A stretch of 34,179 bases of DNA, filler included, from Thermoplasmatota archaeon (GCA_041623215.1; 18 parts of 18 records of this genome joined end to end with filler, not necessarily neighbours in it), one strand, 5' to 3'. Numbered from the whole stretch's first letter, positions 20,498 to 30,616 are shown. Translations and numbers: made by a program. The notes: a model not told the origin generated them from the letters alone.

Positions 20498-21769
20498 ATG
20501 GCGGCGGCAACTGGCCTCGCGGTTCACCTTCAGCACCCGCCCTCCCTGCTACCCGGCGAGACGCAGAGCCTGAAACTGGTGATTACAGCCGGACGGGCGC
20601 TAGCCCAGGACGCCGACTTGCCTGCCATCACTGTGACGACGCACGAGGACGACCTGGTCCAAGTCCCCTTACCAATCGACCTCCAAGTAGGGGCCGGGGC
20701 AGTCGCATCCACGGTGTCGGCCTCCGGCATCGACGCGCTGGAAACACGCCCCGGCGACCATGCCATTTCCGCCGTGGTGGACAATCAAGACAACCAGAAG
20801 CTTGTCTGGAGTCTGGTGGGCGTAGACGGGCCGTTGGCTATCGTTGACAGCACGTGGTCCGTAACCACAGATCCGTTCACGCGAAATGTGCTGGAGTTGC
20901 CCGTTGCCATTGCCGACCACACGGCTCCTGGCAGTCACGGGGCGCGCGTTGACTTCGTCGCCAAAGGCAAGGGCGTAGAACGCCTCGTCAACACGACGGT
21001 CTTGGTTGACGTCGTTCGGACTCCGGCGGGGTCGGCTTCGGTGGAAGACCCGGCACTCCAGGTAGTCATGGGCACACCGGCTGAAACTACGCTGATCTTT
21101 GCCAACGATGGCAACGTGCCACTCGTGTTCCGCCACAGTCACTCGGTGGATGAGGGTCGCCTTCAGGCCATTGCCGAGGATGTCACCGTCGCGCCGGGAC
21201 AGGAGGGCCGCATCGTGGTGAGGACGCAGGGTGCAGACACCGAACGGGTGCTTGGCCTCTCCCGTGTGGAATGGCGCCCGGTTGACCGCCCCGATGGCCC
21301 CTGGCAAGAATTGGTGCCACTATCATGGTCGGTTGAGCAGACCCCTGCGGCGCTTCGCATCGTTGCGTCCGACCTTACCGAAGGCGGCATCCGTGCCGGA
21401 GGCGAGCATCGCGTGAGTGCGCTCATCCAGAACAGCGGCCGAGCCGAGGTCGAAGCCGAGGCCATCTTGGTCGTTGACGGCATTGTCCACGACGCGGTCA
21501 CAATCAGTGTCAAGCGACTGCAGCAAGTGGAAGTGGAATTGGGCTTCTCGTCAGGCGGGCCAGGCGCGGTCCATCAGGTCCAGTTATTAGTACGGCCGGC
21601 GGGTAGCGGCTTGACCTTGCAAGACCCAGCCTTCCACCAAGTGGCCGATGCCACATCCGGACGCCTTACCGTCGAAGAAGACCAAGGCATTCCCATGCCG
21701 GGCGCCTTCCTTGTCCTTGCCATGCTTGGTGTGGCAACATGGGGGCGACGTAGGAGCCGCAGGTCATGA
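20498..21769 (+). CDS. Surface protein with Ig/CARDB-like domains and PGF-CTERM-like tail (5' truncated)
   Basis: FANDGNVP..VAPGQEG, IQNSGRA units; ends IPMPGAFLVLAMLGVATWG-RRRSRRS. Confidence 0.75.
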   Translation: MAAATGLAVHLQHPPSLLPGETQSLKLVITAGRALAQDADLPAITVTTHEDDLVQVPLPIDLQVGAGAVASTVSASGIDALETRPGDHAISAVVDNQDNQKLVWSLVGVDGPLAIVDSTWSVTTDPFTRNVLELPVAIADHTAPGSHGARVDFVAKGKGVERLVNTTVLVDVVRTPAGSASVEDPALQVVMGTPAETTLIFANDGNVPLVFRHSHSVDEGRLQAIAEDVTVAPGQEGRIVVRTQGADTERVLGLSRVEWRPVDRPDGPWQELVPLSWSVEQTPAALRIVASDLTEGGIRAGGEHRVSALIQNSGRAEVEAEAILVVDGIVHDAVTISVKRLQQVEVELGFSSGGPGAVHQVQLLVRPAGSGLTLQDPAFHQVADATSGRLTVEEDQGIPMPGAFLVLAMLGVATWGRRRSRRS

Positions 21770-22287
21770 GGCAGGGCGCCCCGGCGTCTTGGGCCGTTGT
21801 CGTGCTCATCGCGGCGATGGCTTGGCTTGCCGCAGGCACCGCGGCGCAGGAAGCACCTGCCCCCGGCGCATGGGTCGAAGGGCCCCTGTCCGACGTCGGT
21901 GTGCCGGAGGGAGACGGTCGCCACATGCGTGTTCCGCTGACCGTGACCGTTCCCGCCAAGCTAGCTGCAGCGGCCGACCTGGTCGCCAGTGTTGACCTGG
22001 ATTTGCCTGCGTTGTTGGCTGCGGCCGGGCACCCGGAGCCGGAAGATATCCCTGGTTTTGCCATTGATGCCGGTTCGTTCGTGGTCATTGAGACCGATGA
22101 CGATGGCGTCCCGCTGCAAAATGGGGCTCGCGTGCCGAGTGCTTCGCATGAACTCAGCCGCCAAGGGGAGGGGGTTTACACGCTCCGCTGGACGATGGGG
22201 GCACCTCTCGTATTCGGCGGTGTGGCGAGTGAACCTGAAGCCGCCAAGCAACGCTGGTACCACCTGTACTTCGATGCCAATAACAAC
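21766..22287 (+). CDS. Secreted hypothetical protein (3' truncated)
   Basis: ATGA overlap with the upstream gene; signal peptide MRQGAPASWAVVVLIAAMAWLAAGTAA; YHLYFD strand near the contig end. Confidence 0.7.
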
Positions 22288-22411
22288 NNNNNNNNNNNNN
22301 NNNNNNNNNNNNNNNNNNNNNNNNNNNNNNNTTAATTAATTAANNNNNNNNNNNNNNNNNNNNNNNNNNNNNNNNNNNNNNNNNNNNACGCGCAAGGACC
22401 CCCTTATTTTT

Positions 22412-23680
22412 TCAAGGACTGCCGAGCCGTCGACGCACATCTGCCTCAATGGCCTGTGCCTTCTCGGCGGAGATGCTGAGGCGACGGCGTGCGGCATCCA
22501 GCAGTTCCGCCTCATCGTGACTTAGGCTTCCGTCGCGCCACGCTTGGCTGACCAGATCTCGATAGACGGCGCCCGCATCATCAAGGACCGCACCAAGCGG
22601 CCGCTCAGGGCCATCCTGCAGCGGTACGGCCGCGGTACTCACGCGCTCCGCCAACCGTTGCACGGGTGCCAGGAAGAACACCAGAAGCGCGGCGGCGACA
22701 ATGCCCGTGAAGGTGCTTCCCGTTCGGCTCTCGAAGAAGGCCGCTGCGCCTTCGCTGACGGCAAAAAAGACGGCGATGAATACCGCTGCAATGGTTGATT
22801 GGCGAACCGCGAACCTGACCTTCACGTCGAGGTCAAACAATTGGTGCCGCACAATCGTGTACGCAAGCACCGCCACACCGGCCAGCCGCGCCAATCCAAG
22901 CGGCCCGAGGTCGGATGCATGGTTGGGGGCCAGCAACGCCAGCACCATGCCGGTGAGTGCCATGGCGGGCGCCAACAGGACCAAGTTACGCTCACCTGGA
23001 CTGGGTGACCGGACCAAGTTAGCCACCCAGAGAAGCACAATGACCGCCACCACGGCGACGTCAAGGAGTGAGCCCGTTTCGGCCTCCGCGGGCGTGTGGC
23101 CGCCGGCCAGCCAGCCCACGTCAAAGCCCGCATCCATGGCAACGAACATGAGGATGGCCGCACCCACAAGCACGGAACGCGACCGATCAATCGCCGTTTC
23201 CGTTTCGTGCCGCAGCGGCAGCAGCAGGAGGAAGAACCAAAGGCCCGCAAAGAGGACCTCCGTGGACAGCGAGGCCAACCAATCGTACGCCCCGGGAGAT
23301 TCGTGATTCACCCAACGGACATACTTCGTGGCCAGCACGGCAACCACAATGGACGACGCAGCTACCATGCGCCCGGTATCGCCGCGCCTCACGGGAACCG
23401 GGAATCGAAGACCCAGTGCCACAAGCCCGGCGCCAGCAACCAGCGCAGCTACGAAAATGGGCCACAACACCCACTGGGCTTCAATGTCCACCAGCCCAGA
23501 ACCAGGGGCGGTTCCAAACTGCGCGATGTTGCCAAGAAAATACCGCATGCCGAAGGCGATGGCGAACGTGGAGAAGGCGATATTGACCGGCTTGCGTGGC
23601 TTGAGCGTCGCCACCCAAATACCCAGGGCAACGAACACGAGACCACTGGCTGCGTCAACGCCAAGCCCAATGGTCCGCAT
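22412..23680 (-). CDS. Multi-TM (~11 helices) receptor-like membrane protein with C-terminal TerB-like helical module
   Basis: ATG at 23680 (alternative GTG at 23698). Contains AYTIVRHQLFDLDVKVR and C-terminal YRDLVSQAWRDGSLSHDEAELLDAARRRLSISAE. Confidence 0.75.
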   Translation of the reverse strand: MRTIGLGVDAASGLVFVALGIWVATLKPRKPVNIAFSTFAIAFGMRYFLGNIAQFGTAPGSGLVDIEAQWVLWPIFVAALVAGAGLVALGLRFPVPVRRGDTGRMVAASSIVVAVLATKYVRWVNHESPGAYDWLASLSTEVLFAGLWFFLLLLPLRHETETAIDRSRSVLVGAAILMFVAMDAGFDVGWLAGGHTPAEAETGSLLDVAVVAVIVLLWVANLVRSPSPGERNLVLLAPAMALTGMVLALLAPNHASDLGPLGLARLAGVAVLAYTIVRHQLFDLDVKVRFAVRQSTIAAVFIAVFFAVSEGAAAFFESRTGSTFTGIVAAALLVFFLAPVQRLAERVSTAAVPLQDGPERPLGAVLDDAGAVYRDLVSQAWRDGSLSHDEAELLDAARRRLSISAEKAQAIEADVRRRLGSP

Positions 23681-23735
23681 CGTATCTAGGTCGGCCACGG
23701 GACGAGACGGCGATGGCTCCCTCTTGGGGTTTGTG

Positions 23736-24081
23736 ATGAGCGAAGATTCGCCTAACCAAGCGAAGCCACGGTGGCAACGACAGCCCCAAGAGCCCGCCAA
23801 GAGTCGCACCCCCGTGCCGCCGCAGTCTCCTGTCGACCCCGCTGCGTCCAGTTACCTGCAGGAGGGAATCGATCTCTTCAACGCCGGCCAGCACTGGCAC
23901 GCCCACGAGGCCTGGGAACACTTGTGGCTCACCCTATCCGGCGATGACAAGCGCTTCGTGCAAGGCCTCATCATGGCAGCGGCGATGCTCGTCCAATTCG
24001 ACAAGGGCATCTGGCGCGGCGTAGAAAATCACTGGAACAACGTCCTGGACCGGCTGCCACCCCACAGCCCAACCAAATGGG
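23736..24081 (+). CDS. DUF309 domain protein (3' truncated)
   Basis: GIDLFNAGQHWHAHEAWEHLW...FVQGLIMAAA. Confidence 0.9.
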
Positions 24082-24222
24082 NNNNNNNNNNNNNNNNNNN
24101 NNNNNNNNNNNNNNNNNNNNNNNNNTTAATTAATTAANNNNNNNNNNNNNNNNNNNNNNNNNNNNNNNNNNNNNNNNNNNNACGCGCAAGGCTTCAAGAT
24201 TGGTCGCGTCCGTCGTTGGTGC

Positions 24223-25865
24223 ATGGCGTTGGAGCAACTGGTCCGCCCTGTTTGGCCACCCCTGCGTCACGTCGAGCGTGGCTGGGCGGCGCTGTCGGCT
24301 GAACAACAGGCGCATGTGGAATGTCGGCTGGCCAAGGTGCTGGAAGGCCACGTCTGGCCTGACCACATGGACCGCGAGGCGCTAGCCACGTTCTTTTCGT
24401 TCTTGGCCCAAGTGGAAACCATCGCCATTGAGATTCCCCTTCGCTTCTTGCCCGCGGCGTCACCGGAACAGGCCGAGCTTCTTCGGGAGCAATTGGTGGA
24501 CGAGGTGTTTCACAGCGTCGCCTTCGCCAGACTGGCGCACGAGCTTACCGACGGGGCCTCGCCGCCAATTGTGGCCAGTGCCGAGCGGCTGCTCGACCGA
24601 ATCAGGGCCACGGAGGACCTAGCCACGGGGGCGACGCTACTCAACCTCGTCGCGGAGGGCTGGATTGAGACGCTCTTTGAACACGCTGCGTCGTGGGGCA
24701 TTGCCGACCCGTTGTTTGCTGCGGTGCTCGAAGACGAGTCGAGGCATGTGTGCGAGGCGTTAGAGCACGCTGCTGGCATGGATGCCGCTCGCGCCCGCGA
24801 CGATGTGTGGGCTTTGGAGGCAGGGCTGCTGGAAGTCCAGCAGGAGCCAGCAGTCAGTCTGGCGATGCTGCATATCGCCGGACCAAGCGCGTACGGTCGC
24901 CTCGTGGATGACCTCTGGTCGCACCATCGGCGTCACTTGGCCGCAGTGGGCTTAGAGCCCAGTCCCGCCTGGCAGGAGATGGAGCGGGTGGCCGGAGATG
25001 CGGCACGTGCCCGGGACGCGACCGATGTGGCCGGTGCCGCCCAGGGGGATGGCTCACTGCCGGTCGGCTCGTTGCCGAAGCGAATCGAAGATTCGCCATG
25101 GCGGATGGCCGCCCGGAAGGTCTGGGACGTACCGCGCAATCCAACCATGCAAGGAGGATTCGATGTCCCTGTGGGTCACGTCCCGAAGCGCCTGTTGACC
25201 CCCGTGCTAGTCGCCGCGCTGGGACGCGCCTGGCACGCGAATCCCCGCTTCAATCGCATTGTCCACCAGGATGGAGTCTGGGAACTTCCTCGCGCCAACG
25301 TGGGTGTCCGCGTACTCGTTGGCGACGGCGAACTGGCAACGGTCGTCATTACCGACGCTCACCGCCGCAGCGTGCGCGACATTTCATACATGATTCGTGA
25401 CGGCGTGGGTCAATTAGAGGCGCTGTGGCACCGACGCCCCCAACCCTCCTCGACGGGCCAAGCGGCCGATGCGCCGCCTGCCTTCGACCCGGCATTGGGG
25501 AAGTGGCTGCCGCCGGAGGCCGCGCAGTTCAGTGTCGCCCTATCCAATCCTGGCAAGTTCGGTCTCGTGTCCGGCGCGGGTGCCTTCAGTGGTCATTTGT
25601 CGCCGGCCACCGACATCAGCGTCGGCGAGCGACGACGCCTGCCAAAATGGCGGGGCCTGGCGTATCTGCCTGCCTGGCACGTCCACCTAGGGTGTCTACA
25701 GGATCACCGTGTCTTCGACGGTCGCGAGGCAGGCCAAGCCATGACTGCCCTGCGACAACAATTGTCGCGCCGCAATGTGAAGGCCATCTTGCAGACGCCT
25801 GATTCGCTTGAAGTGCCGCGAGACCCGCCCGTCTATGACGATGCCTGGTTTGCCGCGCTCCCCCC
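24223..25865 (+). CDS. Fusion of a ferritin-like di-iron domain and a 2-oxoacid dehydrogenase E2-type acyltransferase catalytic domain (3' truncated)
   Basis: QVE...DEVFH (24499-24513)...AEGW...DESRH (24733-24747), then NVGVRV, VVITDAHRRSVRDIS, LSNPG and DHRVFDG (25702-25722). Confidence 0.8.
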
Positions 25866-25965
25866 NNNNNNNNNNNNNNNNNNNNNNNNNNNNNNNNNNN
25901 NNNNNNNNNTTAATTAATTAANNNNNNNNNNNNNNNNNNNNNNNNNNNNNNNNNNNNNNNNNNNN

Positions 25966-27555
25966 GGCACGCGGCGACCACCGCGCGTTGGCGATTTGGC
26001 TACTGGTTCGCGGGGGTGCCTTGGCGTCGCAGCGGATTGAGTTGCTGACGGACGGCGCTGCCAGCCACGCATGGGGCGCCATGGCGCGTCACTTCCACTT
26101 GTGGGCAATTGTGGCATTACTGGTGTTTGTATTCCTCTACGTGGCACCACGGACCCGCGCTCGACAAATCTGGACGATTGGGGTGGCTTTGCTGGCCCCC
26201 GCCGCGTCACTTTTCCTGATGAGCAATGAATGCCTCGACGTATGTGCAACAAATTCCCAAACCAGATTGGGCCCAATCTTTCTAGCCATCGAATCATATC
26301 CATTCGTGGCCGGCGCCGCAGGCCTGTTGTTGGTGGTAGCGGCAAGCCAACAAAAACCCGCTTTGGCCCGCGGGACGATAGTTGCGGCGTCGGGCCTTTT
26401 GCTGAACGCAGTCTTTGACGGGACTATTTTCCTGGCAGATGCGTTGTTAGTGGGTCCTGGCTGGCTTGCCGCACAAACCCCGGATATCGGCATTGCGTGG
26501 GCCGCGACAGTTGTTCGGGTACTCGCATTGACGGTTGGCATAGTAGGTGTGCTGTACATGGCTGCGGCACCCACCGCCACCAGCCCACAGAAAGACGCAA
26601 GCAACGCGTGGCGCTTGGCACTATCGGCGCTTGCAGCGGCAGGATCGGGGGCAATCGTGGCGTTCGAGTTCGGCGCCGTCGGGGTTGCGGCCGCCGGCTT
26701 CTGGAGAATGGTTGTACCAATTCTCATCTCCTACGCACTCATCCGGCACTGCATTCTCGATGTGGACCTGCGCCTCCGCTGGACCGTGCAACGGGGAACT
26801 TGGACCGCGATTCTGGTTGCTGTATTCTTCGTGGTCAGCGAAGCGGCGCAGGAGTTGTTCTCCGGCTGGTCCGGCAGTCCCTATCTTGGCATCGTCGCAG
26901 CCGGCAGCCTTCTCTTCGCCATCCAACCCCTGGAGCGAGTCGTCCAGCGCGTTGGAAATGCAACAGTGCCCCCCAGCAGGACCGAAGCGGTGCTGGCCCA
27001 AGACGCGCCCGCCGCAGCTAGATTAAGCCTCTATCGGGAACAAGCTGCCATCATGTGGGCGGACGGCGTGATGGGCCGTCGCGAGCGTGCATTGCTTGAT
27101 TCCCTACGGACCCGACTCAGCATTCCGGCCGAGGCGCTGAGCTTCATTGACACGATCGATCCGGGTAACTACCGCAAAGGCTCGCTGTTCCCGTATGCCG
27201 CGGTCGCGATCTGCGGCCACGAATTCGGGGATCACGACCTCGCCGAGGCGGCGCTGAATTCCATGGACGAAGACTGCGGGCGCGTGGAAGAAGACGGCGT
27301 GGTTTCCTATACGAAGGCGTCGTGTCTCGCGAACGTCTGGGCGGTCGAAGGCAAATTGCTCGGCACCGGGGATTTCCGCAATACGTTCGTCAAGGGCCCG
27401 CCGGCCGCCGCGCTCTCGGGTCCCGCGCTGGCGGATGCGCGTTACCCCGACGTGCTCGTGGCGAAGGCCTGGAGCGACGGTGCGGGGCTCGAACTCGTGC
27501 TCTATCCGGGACGCGAGGACGGCCTGCAGGGGCTCGGCTTCGAACGCCTGGTACC
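25966..27555 (+). CDS. Paralog of the 22412-23680 membrane protein, continuing in frame after ~27135 into a linalool dehydratase/isomerase-like C-terminal region; truncated at both ends, possible chimera
   Basis: [48 protein letters not shown], then [44 protein letters not shown]. Confidence 0.7.
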
Positions 27556-27783
27556 NNNNNNNNNNNNNNNNNNNNNNNNNNNNNNNNNNNNNNNNNNNNT
27601 TAATTAATTAANNNNNNNNNNNNNNNNNNNNNNNNNNNNNNNNNNNNNNNNNNNNACGAGCGTTTCCGCGCCCACGTCTGCCGAGGAGCCTCTGGCTTCC
27701 GCCATCATGAAACGTCCGCCTTCAGGCACTTCAAGAGGCCGGCCAGCGGCTTGAGGGCCGCCGGGGCCGCCGGCCCAAAGGGA

Positions 27784-29160
27784 TTAGTCCCAATGGTCCA
27801 AAGGTCGCTGCTGCTTCACTGTGGCCAAGAGTTCCGCGGATTGTTGCCATGACTTGAAGCGGGCGCGGCGGTCCATGTGCCGCAACGCTGCGTCCATGTC
27901 CTCAAACACGAGTGGGTCGCCTGCCAGGGCCCGGGCGCAACCTTCGCGAACCACCCAGACGCCCAACGGCGTGGTGTAGCGGTCGTCGATTTCACGCAGG
28001 CAAACGGCCGTCGCCTGCCGACCGAAACCTGCCAGGTGCTCTAGCACACTGCGCCTCGTCGCGTAGTACCCCCCGGTCGTGTTGGCGGCATAGGTTGTTC
28101 GACCGCGATGGTCCTCCCAATCCTCCGCCGGCACCACCGCACGCGCCCAAAACGAGCCCTTGAGCCACACCTCGATGTTGTCAAAGCCCCACACCCGCGG
28201 CACCAACAGCACCAAGAAGCGATTGCCAAACGCCTCCCCTTCGTGGACCACCGGCTTGTCAATTGTCGGGTAGTCCCGCACTTCATCGATGAGCCGGCGT
28301 CCAATCGTGTCGTCCGTAGCCGTAATGCTCCATCGCGTCGGCACCAGCCGCCGCGCTGACCCAAGCCCCAACATGCCAGCCGACAAGACGCGCTCCAACT
28401 GATAGGCGTCCGTGCCCGACTGGTACAGACTCCACAACGCGTCGGCGGCCAGCAAATCGGTGTCCGAAACGGCCGCTTCCATGCGTCGCTCCACCGGCGC
28501 ATTCTCCCCCAGTGTGGCCCGTTCGACCGTTGCACTTGGCCCGTGCGGCGTCGTAAAGTCGGTCACATGCCCAAGACTCCATGCCGGCGCTTTGGCCAAC
28601 ACCACTTCCGTATCCACGGGACGACTGGCCACGGCCAGCTCCTGCGACAAGCGGGTAATGCGGTCCGCCGTCTCCGACAACGGCTTGGCAAGCCGACCTC
28701 CCAGCAAACCATCATGGCCGCCAATGGACCGCTCGGGACGGCCAGGCGCCACGCTCTGGACACGGACCTTGTGCAACGTCCGTACCAGCGACGAGCGTAG
28801 CCCAACCACATCCGCGATGGTGTGGTCCAACCAAGTCCGTGGCGCGTCCAATGCGGCAGCAGCTGCGGGCTCCAAATGCTCGGGCGGCAACATGGGACCG
28901 ACGTTCACCGCCGGGTAGCCGTGGCGCCCCACGAAGAGACTTGGAGGGCTGCTGCCCCACAAATGCCGCCCTATTGATTGGCCGGCCCTGACCCCCTGAG
29001 GCAAATGCGACTGCACGCGCCGCAACAGGGGACAAGGGTCAATGCCACAAAGGCCCCGCGCCGCCTTGCACTGCACGCAGAGCTCCGGTGGAATGGACGC
29101 CAGAAGGCTCTCAACCTCGGCTCCGCCAGGAGGCACGTGCGACGGAAGGGCGGCATCCAC
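27784..29160 (-). CDS. nreA: Nre family DNA repair protein (PCNA-interacting)
   Basis: LCVQCKAARGLCGIDPCP, GSSPPSLFVGRHGYP, RRLVPTRWSITATDD, GGYYA, LREI..YTTPLGVWVVRE; C-terminal PIP-like QRPLDHW. Confidence 0.93.
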   Translation of the reverse strand: MDAALPSHVPPGGAEVESLLASIPPELCVQCKAARGLCGIDPCPLLRRVQSHLPQGVRAGQSIGRHLWGSSPPSLFVGRHGYPAVNVGPMLPPEHLEPAAAAALDAPRTWLDHTIADVVGLRSSLVRTLHKVRVQSVAPGRPERSIGGHDGLLGGRLAKPLSETADRITRLSQELAVASRPVDTEVVLAKAPAWSLGHVTDFTTPHGPSATVERATLGENAPVERRMEAAVSDTDLLAADALWSLYQSGTDAYQLERVLSAGMLGLGSARRLVPTRWSITATDDTIGRRLIDEVRDYPTIDKPVVHEGEAFGNRFLVLLVPRVWGFDNIEVWLKGSFWARAVVPAEDWEDHRGRTTYAANTTGGYYATRRSVLEHLAGFGRQATAVCLREIDDRYTTPLGVWVVREGCARALAGDPLVFEDMDAALRHMDRRARFKSWQQSAELLATVKQQRPLDHWD

Positions 29161-29336
29161 AACCCCTGCAGGCTGCTCCCCTGTGTGGGGTTTGCGCTAA
29201 GCGCAGCAATGGCAGGGGAGCCAGCAAAGCCACGAANNNNNNNNNNNNNNNNNNNNNNNNNNNNNNNNNNNNNNNNNNNNTTAATTAATTAANNNNNNNN
29301 NNNNNNNNNNNNNNNNNNNNNNNNNNNNNNNNNNNN

Positions 29337-30225
29337 AGGTGGAACACAGGAGCAGCGGGAGCGATGGTTAGAGGGGCTGGCGACTTCCACCACGTTGTCT
29401 GCGGCGAGCTTCACTGAACCGAACGTCGGCTCCGACCTTGGTAGCGTCGAGTGCCATGCCAAGCCCGCCGGTGCCGATGACGGGTCGGACGGATGGACCT
29501 TGCATGGCGAAAAGACCTGGTGCACGATGGCCCTGCAAGCCAGCGTCCTCACGGTTCTATGCCGGACGGACCCGGACCCAGCCAAACGGCACAAGGGCCT
29601 CAGCATTCTCCTGGCTGAGAAGCCCGCCGATGCGTGGGCGGAGCCCACCATGACGGGCGGCCCCATTCCGAGCATCGGATATCGCGGACTCAAGTCTTAC
29701 AGCGTTTTCTTCGACGGGCATGAAATCCCGGCAGACAATCTCGTCGGCGGCCAAACCGGCCTCGGGTTCAAGCAACTCATGAGCACCTTCGAGATTGCCC
29801 GCATCCAGACGGCGGCGCGCGCCGTCGGCGTTGCCCAAGCGGCCCTGGATGCTGCTCTCGACTACGCCACGCAGCGTCGCCAATTTGGCAAAACACTTGC
29901 CGAGCAGCCAGTCATCCGTCACAAGCTGGCAGAAATGGCGGCACGCACGGAAGCCGCACGGCAACTCACCGCCCACGCGGCCCGGCAAAAAGACACCGGC
30001 AAGCGCGCCGACTTGGAAGCCGGGATGGCCAAAATGGTCGCCACGGAAACAGTCGAATTCGTGGCCCGAGAGGGCCTACAAATTCACGGGGCGTACGGTT
30101 ACTCGGAAGAATTCCCAGCGCAGCGGTATTGGCGCGACTCGAAGGTCTTTAGCGTCTTCGAGGGCACCAGTGAAATTCAGGCGGACGTGGTTGCCAAGCA
30201 ACTGCTAGGACGCCACGCAGCCTAA
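29337..30225 (+). CDS. Acyl-CoA dehydrogenase (5' truncated)
   Basis: GTQEQRERWL, FTEPNVGSD, LHGEKTWCT, R-Q-FGK, QIHGAYGYSEE, FEGTSEIQ. Confidence 0.95.
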
Positions 30226-30240
30226 CGCAAGTGCAGCGTG

Positions 30241-30471
30241 CTATGGGGCGCGACCGTACGACCCCACGGGGAGCGGATTCGAGAACGAGACATAGTCCTC
30301 TAGCGCCCCCTCCAGCGCAGCGTCCGGGTTGATGTCGGTGCCGGGAATCGGGTTGGAGAAGTCAACGAAGTCAACCTCCACCGGCGCTTCTTCCGGCAGC
30401 GGAATCATGTCCACCGCATCGGTTACGTCGAAGGGCGTAAGCATGGCAAGCAGCGTGAAAATCAGCCACAT
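30241..30471 (-). CDS. Small acidic, probably secreted protein (76 aa) with a duplicated FSNP motif
   Basis: ATG at 30471 with TAAATAT at -29 to -23; hydrophobic N-terminus MWLIFTLLAML; FVDFSNPIP and YVSFSNPLP. Confidence 0.6.
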   Translation of the reverse strand: MWLIFTLLAMLTPFDVTDAVDMIPLPEEAPVEVDFVDFSNPIPGTDINPDAALEGALEDYVSFSNPLPVGSYGRAP

Positions 30472-30616
30472 ACTCAGAAGACCGCTCGAACTGATATTTA
30501 CGTAGATGGGTGACATTGGCGTTGTTTGTCGGAGTGATCTGCGGGACCTTGGCAACCCTGCCTGAACCAGTCCCGGGTGGGTAAATCGTCAAGTGCAGGT
30601 ACTCCAGTAGTGCCCC

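Noticed and set aside
22412..27555. Apparent cluster of receptor, DUF309, di-iron/acyltransferase and second receptor
   Set aside because: These are three separate contigs, adjacent only because of length sorting.
27656..27708. Possible minus-strand gene start MMAEARGSSADVGAETL, and plus-strand start MAGEPAKPR at 29209
   Set aside because: Too short before the contig edges to support a call.
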